Assembly: GCA_937893125.1 (NCBI GenBank)
Contig: CALBHW010000059.1
Span: 17,838-81,837 of the forward strand
Length of the DNA stretch: 64,000 nucleotides
Direction of reading: 5' to 3'
Origin: an uncultured Clostridia bacterium
Lineage (GTDB): Bacteria > Bacillota > Clostridia > Christensenellales > UBA1242
The stretch's first letter is position 1, and each line of letters starts with the position of its first letter. The position numbers and the translations under genes were made by a program. Positions 36,629-46,033 of the stretch are shown one piece after another. The notes below the pieces were generated by a model that was not told the DNA's origin, ran no database searches, and saw only the letters and a list, made by a program, of their open reading frames with translations.

Positions 36629-37651
36629 AAGTCTAAAAAGTTTCATAGCGCTTTTTGGAGCGTGGTTTTTTGCATGGGATTTGTGTGCTTTTTGATATTT
36701 ATGCCCTTGGTTGTTTTTAATGAATCAAATTATAAGTTGAATATAAATAAAATCTATGAAAGTTCAGATAGCCCCAAATGCGTCTTAAATTTATTTCATA
36801 TTGAGACCTTTGAAGGCGGAAGTTTTAGTCGCGGAAAATATCTTGAAAGGCAAGCAAGTAAGTTTAATAAACAATTCAAAAATTGCTACATTGTTGTAAA
36901 AACTTTGTCTTTACACGAACTTGAAATGAACTTGGCGGACAATAATAAAGCGGACATCTATTCTTTTTCATGCGGAGCGGGGGCTTATATCGCGGGGCTA
37001 CTTAAAGAGCTTGATAAAAACAATAATACTCGTGACGACCTTAAAGACTATGGCAAAATAGGCGGAAAACTGCTCGCTTATCCATACATTTTATCAGGTT
37101 ATGTCTTGTTTTCTTATGACAATTTGGCGGGCGAAGATGAAAGGCTAGACGATTTAGTCAAGACAAAAAAGGTGGGCAAAAAAGAGTATGTTGGGTTAAG
37201 TCTCAGTAGTGGAACACAAGGACTCGAAGTTTTAAAGGTAAACAACATTTCTCTTTTAGACGCGGACGCGACAGTTTTTCCTTCGTCTTATGAAGCCTAT
37301 CAAAATTTTTTAAAAAAGAAAAGTGTAAGTCTGCTTGGAACGAATAGAGATTTTGCAAGACTCAAAAACCGCGAAGAAAATGGGGGAATTTCAGCAATAA
37401 GATACAACTATTTAGGTGGTTTTAGTGACCTTGTGCAATATGTGGGAGTGACAAAAAGCGGAAATGACTATAAAGAATATTATAGCGACCTTTTTGCAAA
37501 ATTTTTGACGACAGACAACTGCCAAAACGACCTAGCAAATTATGGGCTTTTTTCGACGAACGGAAAAAATATTTATTCGTCAGGCGATTATTTAGATTTT
37601 GAAAATGAGTTAATAAAAAGTTTAAAATCAAGAAATGTTTTTGAAAAATAA
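36611..37651 (+). CDS. Hypothetical membrane-anchored protein (N-terminal TM helix, extracytoplasmic domain)
   Basis: 346-aa ORF. It has a basic N-terminus, then the hydrophobic helix AFWSVVFCMGFVCFLIFMPLVVF, and the remainder is hydrophilic. No family recognised. The start is uncertain because ATG 36611 lies inside the 3' arm of the uvrC terminator and has no RBS. Confidence 0.6.
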   Translation: MRLGFFKSKKFHSAFWSVVFCMGFVCFLIFMPLVVFNESNYKLNINKIYESSDSPKCVLNLFHIETFEGGSFSRGKYLERQASKFNKQFKNCYIVVKTLSLHELEMNLADNNKADIYSFSCGAGAYIAGLLKELDKNNNTRDDLKDYGKIGGKLLAYPYILSGYVLFSYDNLAGEDERLDDLVKTKKVGKKEYVGLSLSSGTQGLEVLKVNNISLLDADATVFPSSYEAYQNFLKKKSVSLLGTNRDFARLKNREENGGISAIRYNYLGGFSDLVQYVGVTKSGNDYKEYYSDLFAKFLTTDNCQNDLANYGLFSTNGKNIYSSGDYLDFENELIKSLKSRNVFEK

Positions 37652-37683
37652 GCAAAAAAAGCTAAAAAAACATAAAAAATAGT

Positions 37684-38586
37684 GTGAAAATTAAATATTT
37701 TTTACCAATTTTAAAAAATGAGATGCCAGAAGTTGTTGTAAGTAAAAAAAAGAAATTTAGCGAGCTTACAACTTTTGGCATAGGTGGAAAAATCGGCGCT
37801 TACGTAAAAATAGACGACCGAAAAGTTTTGTTTAAACTTCTTAGACTTTTAAAGTTATATAGAGTCAAATATTTTATTCTTGGACGTGGAAGCAATTTGC
37901 TTGCGGGGGATACTTTTCACGACCTTTTTGTCATTCATATTAACTTTAACGAACTTTTTTGCTTTAATAACAAAATCGTGTGTGGCGCGGGGGTAAATTT
38001 ATTTAGACTAAATACTTTTGCGTGCGAAAATGGACTTTCTGGACTTGAATGGAGTTATGGTATTCCTGGTAGTGTTGGTGGGGCTGTTTATGGAAATGCG
38101 GGAAGTTTTGGCGGAGAAATGGGAAAAGTTGTACAATATGTTTATTACACGGACGGGGAACATTTATATAGAAAAAGCGGAGAAGAGTTAAATTTTAGCT
38201 ATAGAAAAAGTTATTTTTCTAATAAAAACTATGTTATTTTGCGTGTTGTTTTAAATTTATCATCGAAAGAAAAAGAAGAAATAAAAATGTTGTGCGAAAA
38301 TAATTTTGAAAAGAAAAAGGCTCTTCAACCATACGAAAAAAGAAGTGCGGGAAGTGTTTTTAAAAGACCGCTTGGTACTTTTGCGCCCATTTTAATTGAA
38401 AAGTGTAATTTGAAAGGTTTAATTATGGGGGACGCTCAAATTTCCACAAAACATTGTGGATTTATTGTAAATTTAAACGGAAATGCCAAATTTAGAGATG
38501 TTTACTCGCTTTTAAAACGCACAAAAAGAGTGGTTTTTAGAGAGTTTAAAGTTAAACTTGAAGAAGAGATTGTTATTTTAAAATGA
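37684..38586 (+). CDS. murB: UDP-N-acetylenolpyruvoylglucosamine reductase (MurB)
   Basis: Motifs TTFGIGG, GRGSNLL, GLSGLEWSYGIPGSVGGAVYGNAGSFGGE and SAGSVFKRP. GTG start without a clear RBS. In-frame ATG 37723 is an alternative start. Confidence 0.9.
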   Translation: MKIKYFLPILKNEMPEVVVSKKKKFSELTTFGIGGKIGAYVKIDDRKVLFKLLRLLKLYRVKYFILGRGSNLLAGDTFHDLFVIHINFNELFCFNNKIVCGAGVNLFRLNTFACENGLSGLEWSYGIPGSVGGAVYGNAGSFGGEMGKVVQYVYYTDGEHLYRKSGEELNFSYRKSYFSNKNYVILRVVLNLSSKEKEEIKMLCENNFEKKKALQPYEKRSAGSVFKRPLGTFAPILIEKCNLKGLIMGDAQISTKHCGFIVNLNGNAKFRDVYSLLKRTKRVVFREFKVKLEEEIVILK

Positions 38587-38663
38587 AAAGATTTTAGTGT
38601 TCTAAAAAACACATAAAAAATTGTGAAAAGTATTGCATATTTTAGGACAAAATAAAAAATAAA

Positions 38664-38672
38664 TGATATAAT
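38664..38672 (+). promoter_or_regulatory. Extended -10 element (TGATATAAT) upstream of whiA
   Basis: Consensus TGnTATAAT with a partial -35 (AGGACA, 17-nt spacer). Implies a ~70-nt leader to whiA. Confidence 0.4.
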
Positions 38673-38747
38673 GCTTACAATGGAAAGGTGTGAGCCTAAA
38701 TTTTGCGTGGCGTGATTTTTTAGGTTGGGGCACATTTAAGGAGAAGT

Positions 38748-39728
38748 ATGTCGTTTGCACATGAAGTTAAACAAGAAGTTTTAAACGCAAATATCGAAAA
38801 TGAGTGCTGTAAATTAGCGTTTTTGTCGGCTGTCATTCATTCTTGCGGGGAACTAATTAAGCGTGGGAAAGATATTTTTGTCGTGCTTAAAACGGATATG
38901 GAAGAATTGTTCCCAAAGGTAAATGAATGTTTGTCTACGCTTTATGGCGAAAAAGCGACGATTGAAAGGGATGAAGATAACAATATAAATAAACTCGACC
39001 GCTTTATTATAACTCTCCCAATAAATGTCACAAAAAGGATTCTTTTTGACTGCGGGATTGCAAAATTTAATCTTGACAACGAATTTTCGCTTTGGGTGGG
39101 TTTGGACGAGCATATTTTGGAAAGTGAATGTTGTGAGAGAAGTTATGTTAAGGGCGTTTTTGCGACCGCTTCTACTTCAAATATTGTTTTAAACGACGAA
39201 AAGGGCAAAAATAGAACTTTTAGCGGTTATCATTGGGAATTTAATTTTGTTGATGAGCGTTTTTGTGATGACTTTTCAAGTTTGCTTTTTAAACTCGGCA
39301 TAACGAACAAAAAAAGTAAGCGAAAAAATCTCTTTGTTTTGTACATAAAAGAAGCGGACAAGGTTAGTGACCTTTTTGCGCTTGTTGGTGCGTACAAAGG
39401 GCTTCTTAGACTTCAAAATGAAATGGCAATCCGCGAAGTGAGAAACAACATAAATAGGCAAAACAATTGTTTGAACGCAAATATAACTAAGACTGTAAAT
39501 GCGAGTCTAAGGCAAGTTAACGCAATAAACAAAATCCAAGACACAATAGGGTTTGAAAGTTTGCCAGCCAATTTGCGCGAACTTTGTCTTGTGCGTCTTG
39601 CGAATCCCGAAGAGTCGCTTGACAACTTGACAAAACTGCTTTCAACTACTATAACTAAAAGTGGCATAAACCACCAGTTTAATAGGTTAATAAAAATAGC
39701 AGATAAAATTGAAAACAATAAATTGTAA
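38748..39728 (+). CDS. whiA: Sporulation/cell-division regulator WhiA
   Basis: RBS AAGGAGAAG. N-terminus MSFAHEVKQEVL...ECCKLAFLSAVIHSCGEL is typical of WhiA. C-terminal HTH region LVRLANPEESLDNLTKLL...TKSGINHQFNRL. Confidence 0.9.
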   Translation: MSFAHEVKQEVLNANIENECCKLAFLSAVIHSCGELIKRGKDIFVVLKTDMEELFPKVNECLSTLYGEKATIERDEDNNINKLDRFIITLPINVTKRILFDCGIAKFNLDNEFSLWVGLDEHILESECCERSYVKGVFATASTSNIVLNDEKGKNRTFSGYHWEFNFVDERFCDDFSSLLFKLGITNKKSKRKNLFVLYIKEADKVSDLFALVGAYKGLLRLQNEMAIREVRNNINRQNNCLNANITKTVNASLRQVNAINKIQDTIGFESLPANLRELCLVRLANPEESLDNLTKLLSTTITKSGINHQFNRLIKIADKIENNKL

Positions 39729-39873
39729 AACTCGAAAATCAAACCAAAAGCAATTTGTTTGGCTATTTTACTTTATAAAAAACCAGTTTAAAATTGTTTA
39801 TGTTTTGTGGGGAGCTTAGCAAAACTAAAACTTGATATAAAAAACAAGTTAGAAAATCAAAAGAAGGGCGAAA

Positions 39874-42800
39874 ATGAAGAATTTTGTGCATTTGCATATC
39901 CATACCGAATATAGTTTGCTTGACGGAGCGGCAAAAGTTAAGGACCTTGTAAAAACTGTAAAGGAACAAGGGGCGAACGCTGTCGCTATAACTGACCACG
40001 GGACAATGGCGGGTGCGCTTGTTTTTTTTGCCGAATGCTACAAAAACGGAATTAAGCCTATTATCGGGTGCGAGTTTTATGTCGCAATGGATAGGACATA
40101 TAAGCAAGGGAAACCGGACAACGGACATTTGATTTTGATTGCAAAAAACAACGAAGGCTATCACAATCTTTTAAAACTCAACGCTATTGCGGCGAAAGAA
40201 GGGTTTTATTATAAGCCAAGAATTGACTATGATGTCTTGGAACAACACTCAAAAGGACTTATTTGCCTTTCTGCTTGTCTTGCGGGACACATTCCACAAT
40301 ATCTTTTGAAAAGAGAATTTGACGAAGCATATAAGTTGGGACTTAGGCTCAAAAATATGTTTGATGAAGGTGATTTTTACATTGAACTTCAAAATCACCA
40401 CTTGCCAGAACAAATGGAAATTTTGGAGCCACTAAATGAACTAGCAAAAAAACTCGGTGTTAAGACGGTCGCCACAAATGACGCTCACTACATTAAGCGC
40501 GAGGATGCCGAAATGCAAGATGTTTTGATGTGTATCCAGATGGGAAAATTTCTTGACGATACGGATAGGCTTCGTTTTTCAACCGACGAATTTTATGTAA
40601 AGACGCGAGAAGAAATGGAAGAAGTTTTAGGCGCGTACCCAGAAGCGCTTGATACAACACAAGAAATTGCGGACAAGTGTTTTGTCACAATTAAGGCAAA
40701 GTCTCATAAGGATATCCCTAATCTTCCTGACAATTGCACCTTGCGTGACAATGAAAACTTTATTCCAAAATACACAGTTGAAGGAATGACAACTTACGAA
40801 TTTCTTAAAAAACTTTGCTATGACGGCTTGAAAGATAGATATCCTGTTATTACGCCAGAAATTCAAAAAAGGGCGGACTATGAACTTGATATTATTAGGG
40901 AGCAAGGCTTTGTCGAGTACTTCCTTGTTGTTTGGGACTATATAAACTACGCTAGACAACACAATATTCCAGTTGGCCCTGGGCGTGGAAGTGGGGCGGG
41001 AAGTATTGTTGCGTACACGAGCGGAATTACGCGTGTTGACCCTATTAAATATAACCTTCTTTTTGAAAGATTTATTCACCGTGAACGTGTTTCGATGCCC
41101 GATTTCGACGTCGACTTTTGTTATGATAGAAGACCAGAAGTTATTGAGTATGCGAAGAGAAAATATGGAAAAGACAATGTCGCTTATATTGGCACATTTG
41201 GTACGATGGCTGCCAAAAACGCCATTCGTGATGTTGCAAGAGTACTTAGATTTCCGCTTGCTGAAGTGGGAAAAATTTGCAAGGAAATCCCAGCAAAACT
41301 TCCAGAAGGCATAAAAAAGCCACCTGTTTTGAAATATTATTTTGGAAGAACGGGCAAGGAAGAAGATGAAAAATATATTATTCCAACACTCAAAAAACTT
41401 TATGATGAGGACGACCGCGTAAAACGAGTTATCGATATGTCAATTAAACTTGAAGGTATGCCAAGGCAGACTTCAACACACGCGTGCGGAATTTTGATTG
41501 CTCCAGAACCAGTTGACACATATGTTCCACTTTTAAGAAACGGCGAAGAAATTGCGACCCAATATTCGATGATTGAGCTCGAAGATTTGGGACTTCTTAA
41601 AATGGACTTTTTGGGACTTAGGACTCTTACTGATATTGATAAGGCGCTTAAACTTATAAAACGAATCCATAATGTCGATATAGACTTTTACAATATGGAA
41701 TATAACGACGCAAATGTCTTTAAACTCATTTCGTCGGGGAACACGGATGCCATTTTCCAACTTGAAGGTGGAGGCATGAAGTCCTTTATGAAAAAGTTGA
41801 AGCCCGACAACTTGGAAGATATTATCGCTGGAATTTCTCTTTATCGTCCAGGCCCTATGAAATATATTGATTCATATGTTAAAAACAAACACAATCCAGC
41901 GGGGATAAAATATGACCATCCATGTTTAAAACCTATTCTTGAAGCAACATATGGAATTATTGTTTATCAAGAGCAAGTTATGCAGATTGTTCAAGCAATG
42001 GCGGGATATTCGCTAGGGCAAGCCGATATGGTTCGTCGTATTATGGGTAAGAAAAAGGTCGAAAAAATGGCTGCCGAAAAAGAAAAATTTATTTATGGCT
42101 GGCAAGACCCTAAAGGTGAAAAGAGTATTGAAGGTGCATTAAAACGCGGAGTTCCAGAAGATATTGCAAGAAAAGTCTTTGCGGATATGGAAGATTTCGC
42201 AAAATACGCTTTCAACAAATCTCACGCTGCTGCATATGCCTATTTATCCTATCAAACGGCGTACTTAAAGTGCTATTATGAAGTCGAATTTATTGTTGCG
42301 GTTTTGAATAATAGAATCACATCAATCGACGAAATTAAAAAATATATCATTTATGCGCGCGGGCAAGGAATAGAAGTTTTGCCACCAGACATCAATAAAT
42401 CAGAAACATATTTTAGCGTTGAAGACGGCAAAATTCGTTTTGGTCTTGCGGCGATTAAAAATGTGGGAATTGGTGTCGTTGAAGAAATAATTAAAGATAG
42501 AGAAGAACGCGGAAATTATACAGATTTACACGACTTTGTGGAAAGAACGCAAACAAAGGGCGTAAATAAGCGTTGTATTGAAAGCCTGATTTTGGCAGGC
42601 GCTTTCGATGGCTTCGGGGCGCATAGGTCGCAACTTATGAGCGTCTATGAAAGTGTTATTGAAGTCGTTGCAAAGGACATTAAGAATAGGGCAACAGGTC
42701 AATTTAGTTTGTTTGACGATATGTCAATGGTGTCCACTAAAAAAGTTAAACTTCCTGAAATGGCGGAGTACACAAAGTCAACAAAATTAAAATTTGAAAA

Positions 42801-43476
42801 ACAAGTTTTAGGAATGTATTTGTCGGGTCACCCACTTGACAACTATATGGACGAATTTAATAACTTTACCTTTAATGCGTCGATGATTTCAAAGGGCGAT
42901 GAACAAGATGTCGAAGAAGACGAAGAAGATATGGAAAACGACCAAGTCGAAGACGATAGCGGGCTTAAAAACGAAATGCCAGTCGTTTGTGGCGGGTCGA
43001 TTGAAGAAGTTAGAAAACTTTTCTCAAAATCAACCAATAAAGAAATGGCAATTGTATCAGTTGAAGACCTTTACGGGACATTTGAAGTTATGTTTTTCCC
43101 AAAACTTTTTGATAGATATAGGTCGCTTCTTGTCGAAGATAGCCTAATTAAAATCCACGGAAAAGTCTCTATTCGTGACGGTGGTGACGTGACGATTTTG
43201 GCGGATAGAATTGAACCTATGGGACAACACGCTGAAGCGGAAACTCAACAAAAAGCGCACCAAAAAACATTGTATTTAAAATACGATACTCAAAATGGAA
43301 TTGTTCACAATAATGTGCTTGCAATTTTGAAAAGTTATCCAGGCAATGTGCCCGTCATCGTAAAATGCACATACTACAATAGAGCGTTTAAGTTGGGGGT
43401 AAGTATTTCGGTGAGTGACCTTCTTATGACGGAACTTTATTCTCTTCTTGATGAAGAAAATATAAAGTTGATTTAG
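39874..43476 (+). CDS. dnaE: DNA polymerase III alpha subunit, DnaE type
   Basis: 1,200 aa. PHP domain FVHLHIHTEYSLLDGA, catalytic-core motifs GPGRGSGAGSIVAY and MPDFDVDF, plus HhH and OB regions. Confidence 0.95.
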   Translation: MKNFVHLHIHTEYSLLDGAAKVKDLVKTVKEQGANAVAITDHGTMAGALVFFAECYKNGIKPIIGCEFYVAMDRTYKQGKPDNGHLILIAKNNEGYHNLLKLNAIAAKEGFYYKPRIDYDVLEQHSKGLICLSACLAGHIPQYLLKREFDEAYKLGLRLKNMFDEGDFYIELQNHHLPEQMEILEPLNELAKKLGVKTVATNDAHYIKREDAEMQDVLMCIQMGKFLDDTDRLRFSTDEFYVKTREEMEEVLGAYPEALDTTQEIADKCFVTIKAKSHKDIPNLPDNCTLRDNENFIPKYTVEGMTTYEFLKKLCYDGLKDRYPVITPEIQKRADYELDIIREQGFVEYFLVVWDYINYARQHNIPVGPGRGSGAGSIVAYTSGITRVDPIKYNLLFERFIHRERVSMPDFDVDFCYDRRPEVIEYAKRKYGKDNVAYIGTFGTMAAKNAIRDVARVLRFPLAEVGKICKEIPAKLPEGIKKPPVLKYYFGRTGKEEDEKYIIPTLKKLYDEDDRVKRVIDMSIKLEGMPRQTSTHACGILIAPEPVDTYVPLLRNGEEIATQYSMIELEDLGLLKMDFLGLRTLTDIDKALKLIKRIHNVDIDFYNMEYNDANVFKLISSGNTDAIFQLEGGGMKSFMKKLKPDNLEDIIAGISLYRPGPMKYIDSYVKNKHNPAGIKYDHPCLKPILEATYGIIVYQEQVMQIVQAMAGYSLGQADMVRRIMGKKKVEKMAAEKEKFIYGWQDPKGEKSIEGALKRGVPEDIARKVFADMEDFAKYAFNKSHAAAYAYLSYQTAYLKCYYEVEFIVAVLNNRITSIDEIKKYIIYARGQGIEVLPPDINKSETYFSVEDGKIRFGLAAIKNVGIGVVEEIIKDREERGNYTDLHDFVERTQTKGVNKRCIESLILAGAFDGFGAHRSQLMSVYESVIEVVAKDIKNRATGQFSLFDDMSMVSTKKVKLPEMAEYTKSTKLKFEKQVLGMYLSGHPLDNYMDEFNNFTFNASMISKGDEQDVEEDEEDMENDQVEDDSGLKNEMPVVCGGSIEEVRKLFSKSTNKEMAIVSVEDLYGTFEVMFFPKLFDRYRSLLVEDSLIKIHGKVSIRDGGDVTILADRIEPMGQHAEAETQQKAHQKTLYLKYDTQNGIVHNNVLAILKSYPGNVPVIVKCTYYNRAFKLGVSISVSDLLMTELYSLLDEENIKLI

Positions 43477-43546
43477 CGTGCTTACTTAATAAATAATATT
43501 GTTTAAATAAAATTTTTCTAGGAAATAGTTAAAAAGGAAAGAGAAA

Positions 43547-44518
43547 ATGGAAGTAAAAAATATCGCAGTTTTAACAAGTGGTGGCGACGCGCAAGGGATG
43601 AACACTGCAATAAACATTATTGTTAGAGTGGCGCGCGCAAGACGAATTTGGGTTTATGGTGTTTTGGAAGGATATAAGGGACTTTTTAATGACCAATTTG
43701 TTCAACTTGACGAGCAAATAGTTGAAAATATCGGCTTTATGGGCGGAAGTTTTCTTAAAACGTCAAGATTTGTAGACTTTAAGAATCCTTCTGTCGTAAA
43801 AAAATCAGCAGAAAATTTAAAAGCACGCAACATCGACGCACTTATCGTGCTTGGCGGTGACGGGTCATATAAGGGAGCACTAGACCTTGTTAAAGAAGGA
43901 GTGAATGTAATTTGTATCCCAGCGACAATTGATAATGACCTTAGATATACGTCGCGTTGTCTTGGATTTGACACGGCAGTCAACAATTCTTGCAAGTATA
44001 TAGAAGATGTAAAACAAACAATGGACGCTTTAAGCCGCGGTGTTGTATTTGAAGTCATGGGAAGATATTGCGGAGATATAGCGCTTTATAGCGCTTGTTC
44101 GACAGCGTGCGACTTAATTGCCGTTCCTGAAAAACCAACGACTGAAAAAGAAATCATTGAAAAGGTTAAACTTCACATAAAAAGAACAAATAAAGCGCCT
44201 ACAATTGTTGTTGCAGAGCATCAATTTGACGTCGTTGATTTGTCTAAAAAACTTACCAAGGAGACGGGCGTCGACTTTAAATATTCAATTGTTGGCTACA
44301 TTCAACGCGGGGGCGCACCTTCCGTTCTAGATAAAGCTCTTGCAATGCAATTCGCAGTTAAAGCGGTCAATTTGATTGAAAAAGGCATATTTAACCGCGC
44401 AATTGGCTATAAAGACGATGTTGCATTTGATATGGATTTAAGTGACGCACTAAAAAGCGAATATAATTTCAATTACGACCTTTTGCAACTTTTCTATTCG
44501 TTAAACGAAAAGAATTAG
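43547..44518 (+). CDS. pfkA: ATP-dependent 6-phosphofructokinase
   Basis: Motifs TSGGDAQGMNTAI, LGGDGSYKGA, IPATIDNDL, VMGRYCGDIAL and GYIQRGGAPS. RBS AAAGGAAAGAG. Confidence 0.93.
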   Translation: MEVKNIAVLTSGGDAQGMNTAINIIVRVARARRIWVYGVLEGYKGLFNDQFVQLDEQIVENIGFMGGSFLKTSRFVDFKNPSVVKKSAENLKARNIDALIVLGGDGSYKGALDLVKEGVNVICIPATIDNDLRYTSRCLGFDTAVNNSCKYIEDVKQTMDALSRGVVFEVMGRYCGDIALYSACSTACDLIAVPEKPTTEKEIIEKVKLHIKRTNKAPTIVVAEHQFDVVDLSKKLTKETGVDFKYSIVGYIQRGGAPSVLDKALAMQFAVKAVNLIEKGIFNRAIGYKDDVAFDMDLSDALKSEYNFNYDLLQLFYSLNEKN

Positions 44519-44607
44519 TGCGAAAATTTTAAAGACAAGCACTTAATTTTTTTTAAAGTTGTAACAAAATAAAATTTGGCTAAAACTTATTAAAAGTATT
44601 ATTTTAC

Positions 44608-44650
44608 AAAAAAATATCTAGTTAAGAGTGCATAATTAGATATTTTTCTT
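44608..44650. terminator. Putative bidirectional terminator between pfkA (+) and the 86-aa gene (-)
   Basis: 9-bp stem AAATATCTA (44612-44620) / TAGATATTT (44637-44645), flanked by an A-run upstream and a T-run downstream. Confidence 0.5.
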
Positions 44651-44689
44651 TTATTGTCAAAAACACTTTTATAATGTTTGTTAAAAAAA

Positions 44690-44950
44690 CTATCTTGACA
44701 TATCTTCAATTACAAGTTTGTCAAATCTTACGCTTTCGGGAAAATCGCTTGGGGTGAAAGTTGTGTTTCTAAATTGTAAAAAGTGTGCAAGATGTTTTGT
44801 AACGACAATTGGAGTCGCAATGTCCAACTTTTCGCACATTGGAGTTAAATAGTCAAAAAATTTATAAATATCAAAAGTGGACGCGTCTTCATAGACCGTG
44901 TCTTTGATTATTTTTTCATTTTTCATAACTTTTGCCCAAATTCTGACCAT
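44690..44950 (-). CDS. Hypothetical small protein (86 aa)
   Basis: Strong RBS (AAAAAGGAGAAATT before the ATG on the - strand). The sequence looks globular and is not low-complexity. No family recognised. Confidence 0.6.
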   Translation of the reverse strand: MVRIWAKVMKNEKIIKDTVYEDASTFDIYKFFDYLTPMCEKLDIATPIVVTKHLAHFLQFRNTTFTPSDFPESVRFDKLVIEDMSR

Positions 44951-45265
44951 AATTTCTCCTTTTTAGTGCTAAAACATTTCATTTATTATAGCAAACATTT
45001 TATTTTTGCGCTATTTATTTTTAACAACTATTTTACTTTTTCATAAAATAGTATATCAATATTTGATTGAGTAATGGGAAATAGTAAAAAAAGACAATAA
45101 AAGATGGTTGAATTAAAAAGGGAAAAGTAAATAAAAATAATAAGAGTTTTGTCTTGTATATAAGTCACTTTTAGATTTCAAAACTATTCTTAAAATAAGT
45201 CATAATTAAAAAAATAATAAAATAATTTTAATAAAAAACAAATTTTATGAATTAAAAGAATTTTC

Positions 45266-45294
45266 TTGACATAAAATATATAATCAACTATAAT
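45266..45294 (+). promoter_or_regulatory. Consensus sigma-A-type promoter upstream of greA
   Basis: TTGACA (45266-45271), a 17-nt spacer, then TATAAT (45289-45294). Both hexamers match consensus perfectly. The leader to the greA ATG is ~93 nt. Confidence 0.65.
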
Positions 45295-45393
45295 TGTCGT
45301 TGCGAGTTTAAGAGAATATGTGAAATTTGAGATGTTGTATTGCTTAAAAAGGCGGTATTGCATTTTTTTTAAAACTTAAACCAGGAGGTAAAA

Positions 45394-45876
45394 ATGGAAA
45401 ACGAAATTTATCTAACAAAGGAAGGCTACAAGGCTTTACAAGAAAGGCTCGATTACCTTAAATCAACAAAAAGGGACGAAGTCTCAAAAAGAATCGGTAT
45501 TGCAAGAGAATTTGGCGACCTTAGCGAGAATTCAGAATATGATGCAGCAAAGGAAGAACAAGCACAACTCGAACAAGAGATTTTGGAAATTGAAAATAAA
45601 CTCAGATTTGGCAAAGTTATTGACAAAAAGACTATTGATACTAGCGTAGTAAACGCTGGTTGTACGGTCAGACTTAAAGACCTTGATTTTGACGATGAGT
45701 TTGAATATAAGATTGTTGGCTCGACAGAGAGCGACCCTTCAAAAGGAATTATCTCCAACGAGTCGCCAGTAGGCAAGGCTCTTCTTGGTAAGAAAAAGTG
45801 TGACAAAGTTATGGTTATCCTTCCACAAAACAACAACGCAACAATTCGCCTTGAAATCCTTGACATTAAAGCGTAA
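45394..45876 (+). CDS. greA: Transcription elongation factor GreA
   Basis: RBS AGGAGG. The sequence LTKEGYKALQERLDYLKSTKRDEVSKRIGIAREFGDLSENSEYDAAKEEQ is typical of the GreA coiled-coil domain. A C-terminal FKBP-like domain is present. Confidence 0.95.
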   Translation: MENEIYLTKEGYKALQERLDYLKSTKRDEVSKRIGIAREFGDLSENSEYDAAKEEQAQLEQEILEIENKLRFGKVIDKKTIDTSVVNAGCTVRLKDLDFDDEFEYKIVGSTESDPSKGIISNESPVGKALLGKKKCDKVMVILPQNNNATIRLEILDIKA

Positions 45877-45904
45877 AAATTGTTTATAAAGTTAAAACCA
45901 TAAA

Positions 45905-45937
45905 AAGAAGCGTATCGTTTAGATGCGCTTCTTTGTA
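45905..45937 (+). terminator. Terminator after greA
   Basis: 12-bp stem AAGAAGCGTATC / GATGCGCTTCTT with one G-U pair and a 5-nt loop. The T-tract is short and imperfect (TTTGT). Confidence 0.55.
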
Positions 45938-46033
45938 ATAAAGTTGATTTTAGAAAAAAAGTTTAAAATTGTGGTTATTAAAAAACTTTTCAAATATTTT
46001 TTTTTGTGATATTATGATATGTAGAATAGGCGT

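Noticed and set aside
39763-40164. 133-aa - strand ORF overlapping the dnaE start
   Set aside because: It lies antisense to the highly conserved PHP domain of dnaE, has no RBS, and its sequence is unrecognisable.
40627-41079. 150-aa - strand ORF, and a 113-aa + strand off-frame ORF at 40973-41314, within dnaE
   Set aside because: Both are nested in dnaE coding sequence. Their composition is typical of spurious alternative frames.
43702-44058. 118-aa - strand ORF antisense to pfkA
   Set aside because: It overlaps conserved pfkA motifs. No RBS and no recognisable family.
45340-45393. T8 tract in the greA leader as a transcription attenuator
   Set aside because: I could not find a stable hairpin immediately upstream of the T-tract. 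GTATTGC occurs twice, but as a direct repeat, not an inverted one.
45453-45866. 137-aa - strand ORF antisense to greA
   Set aside because: It covers almost the whole of greA on the opposite strand. Its Ser/Leu-rich composition is typical of antisense translation of a Glu/Lys-rich gene.
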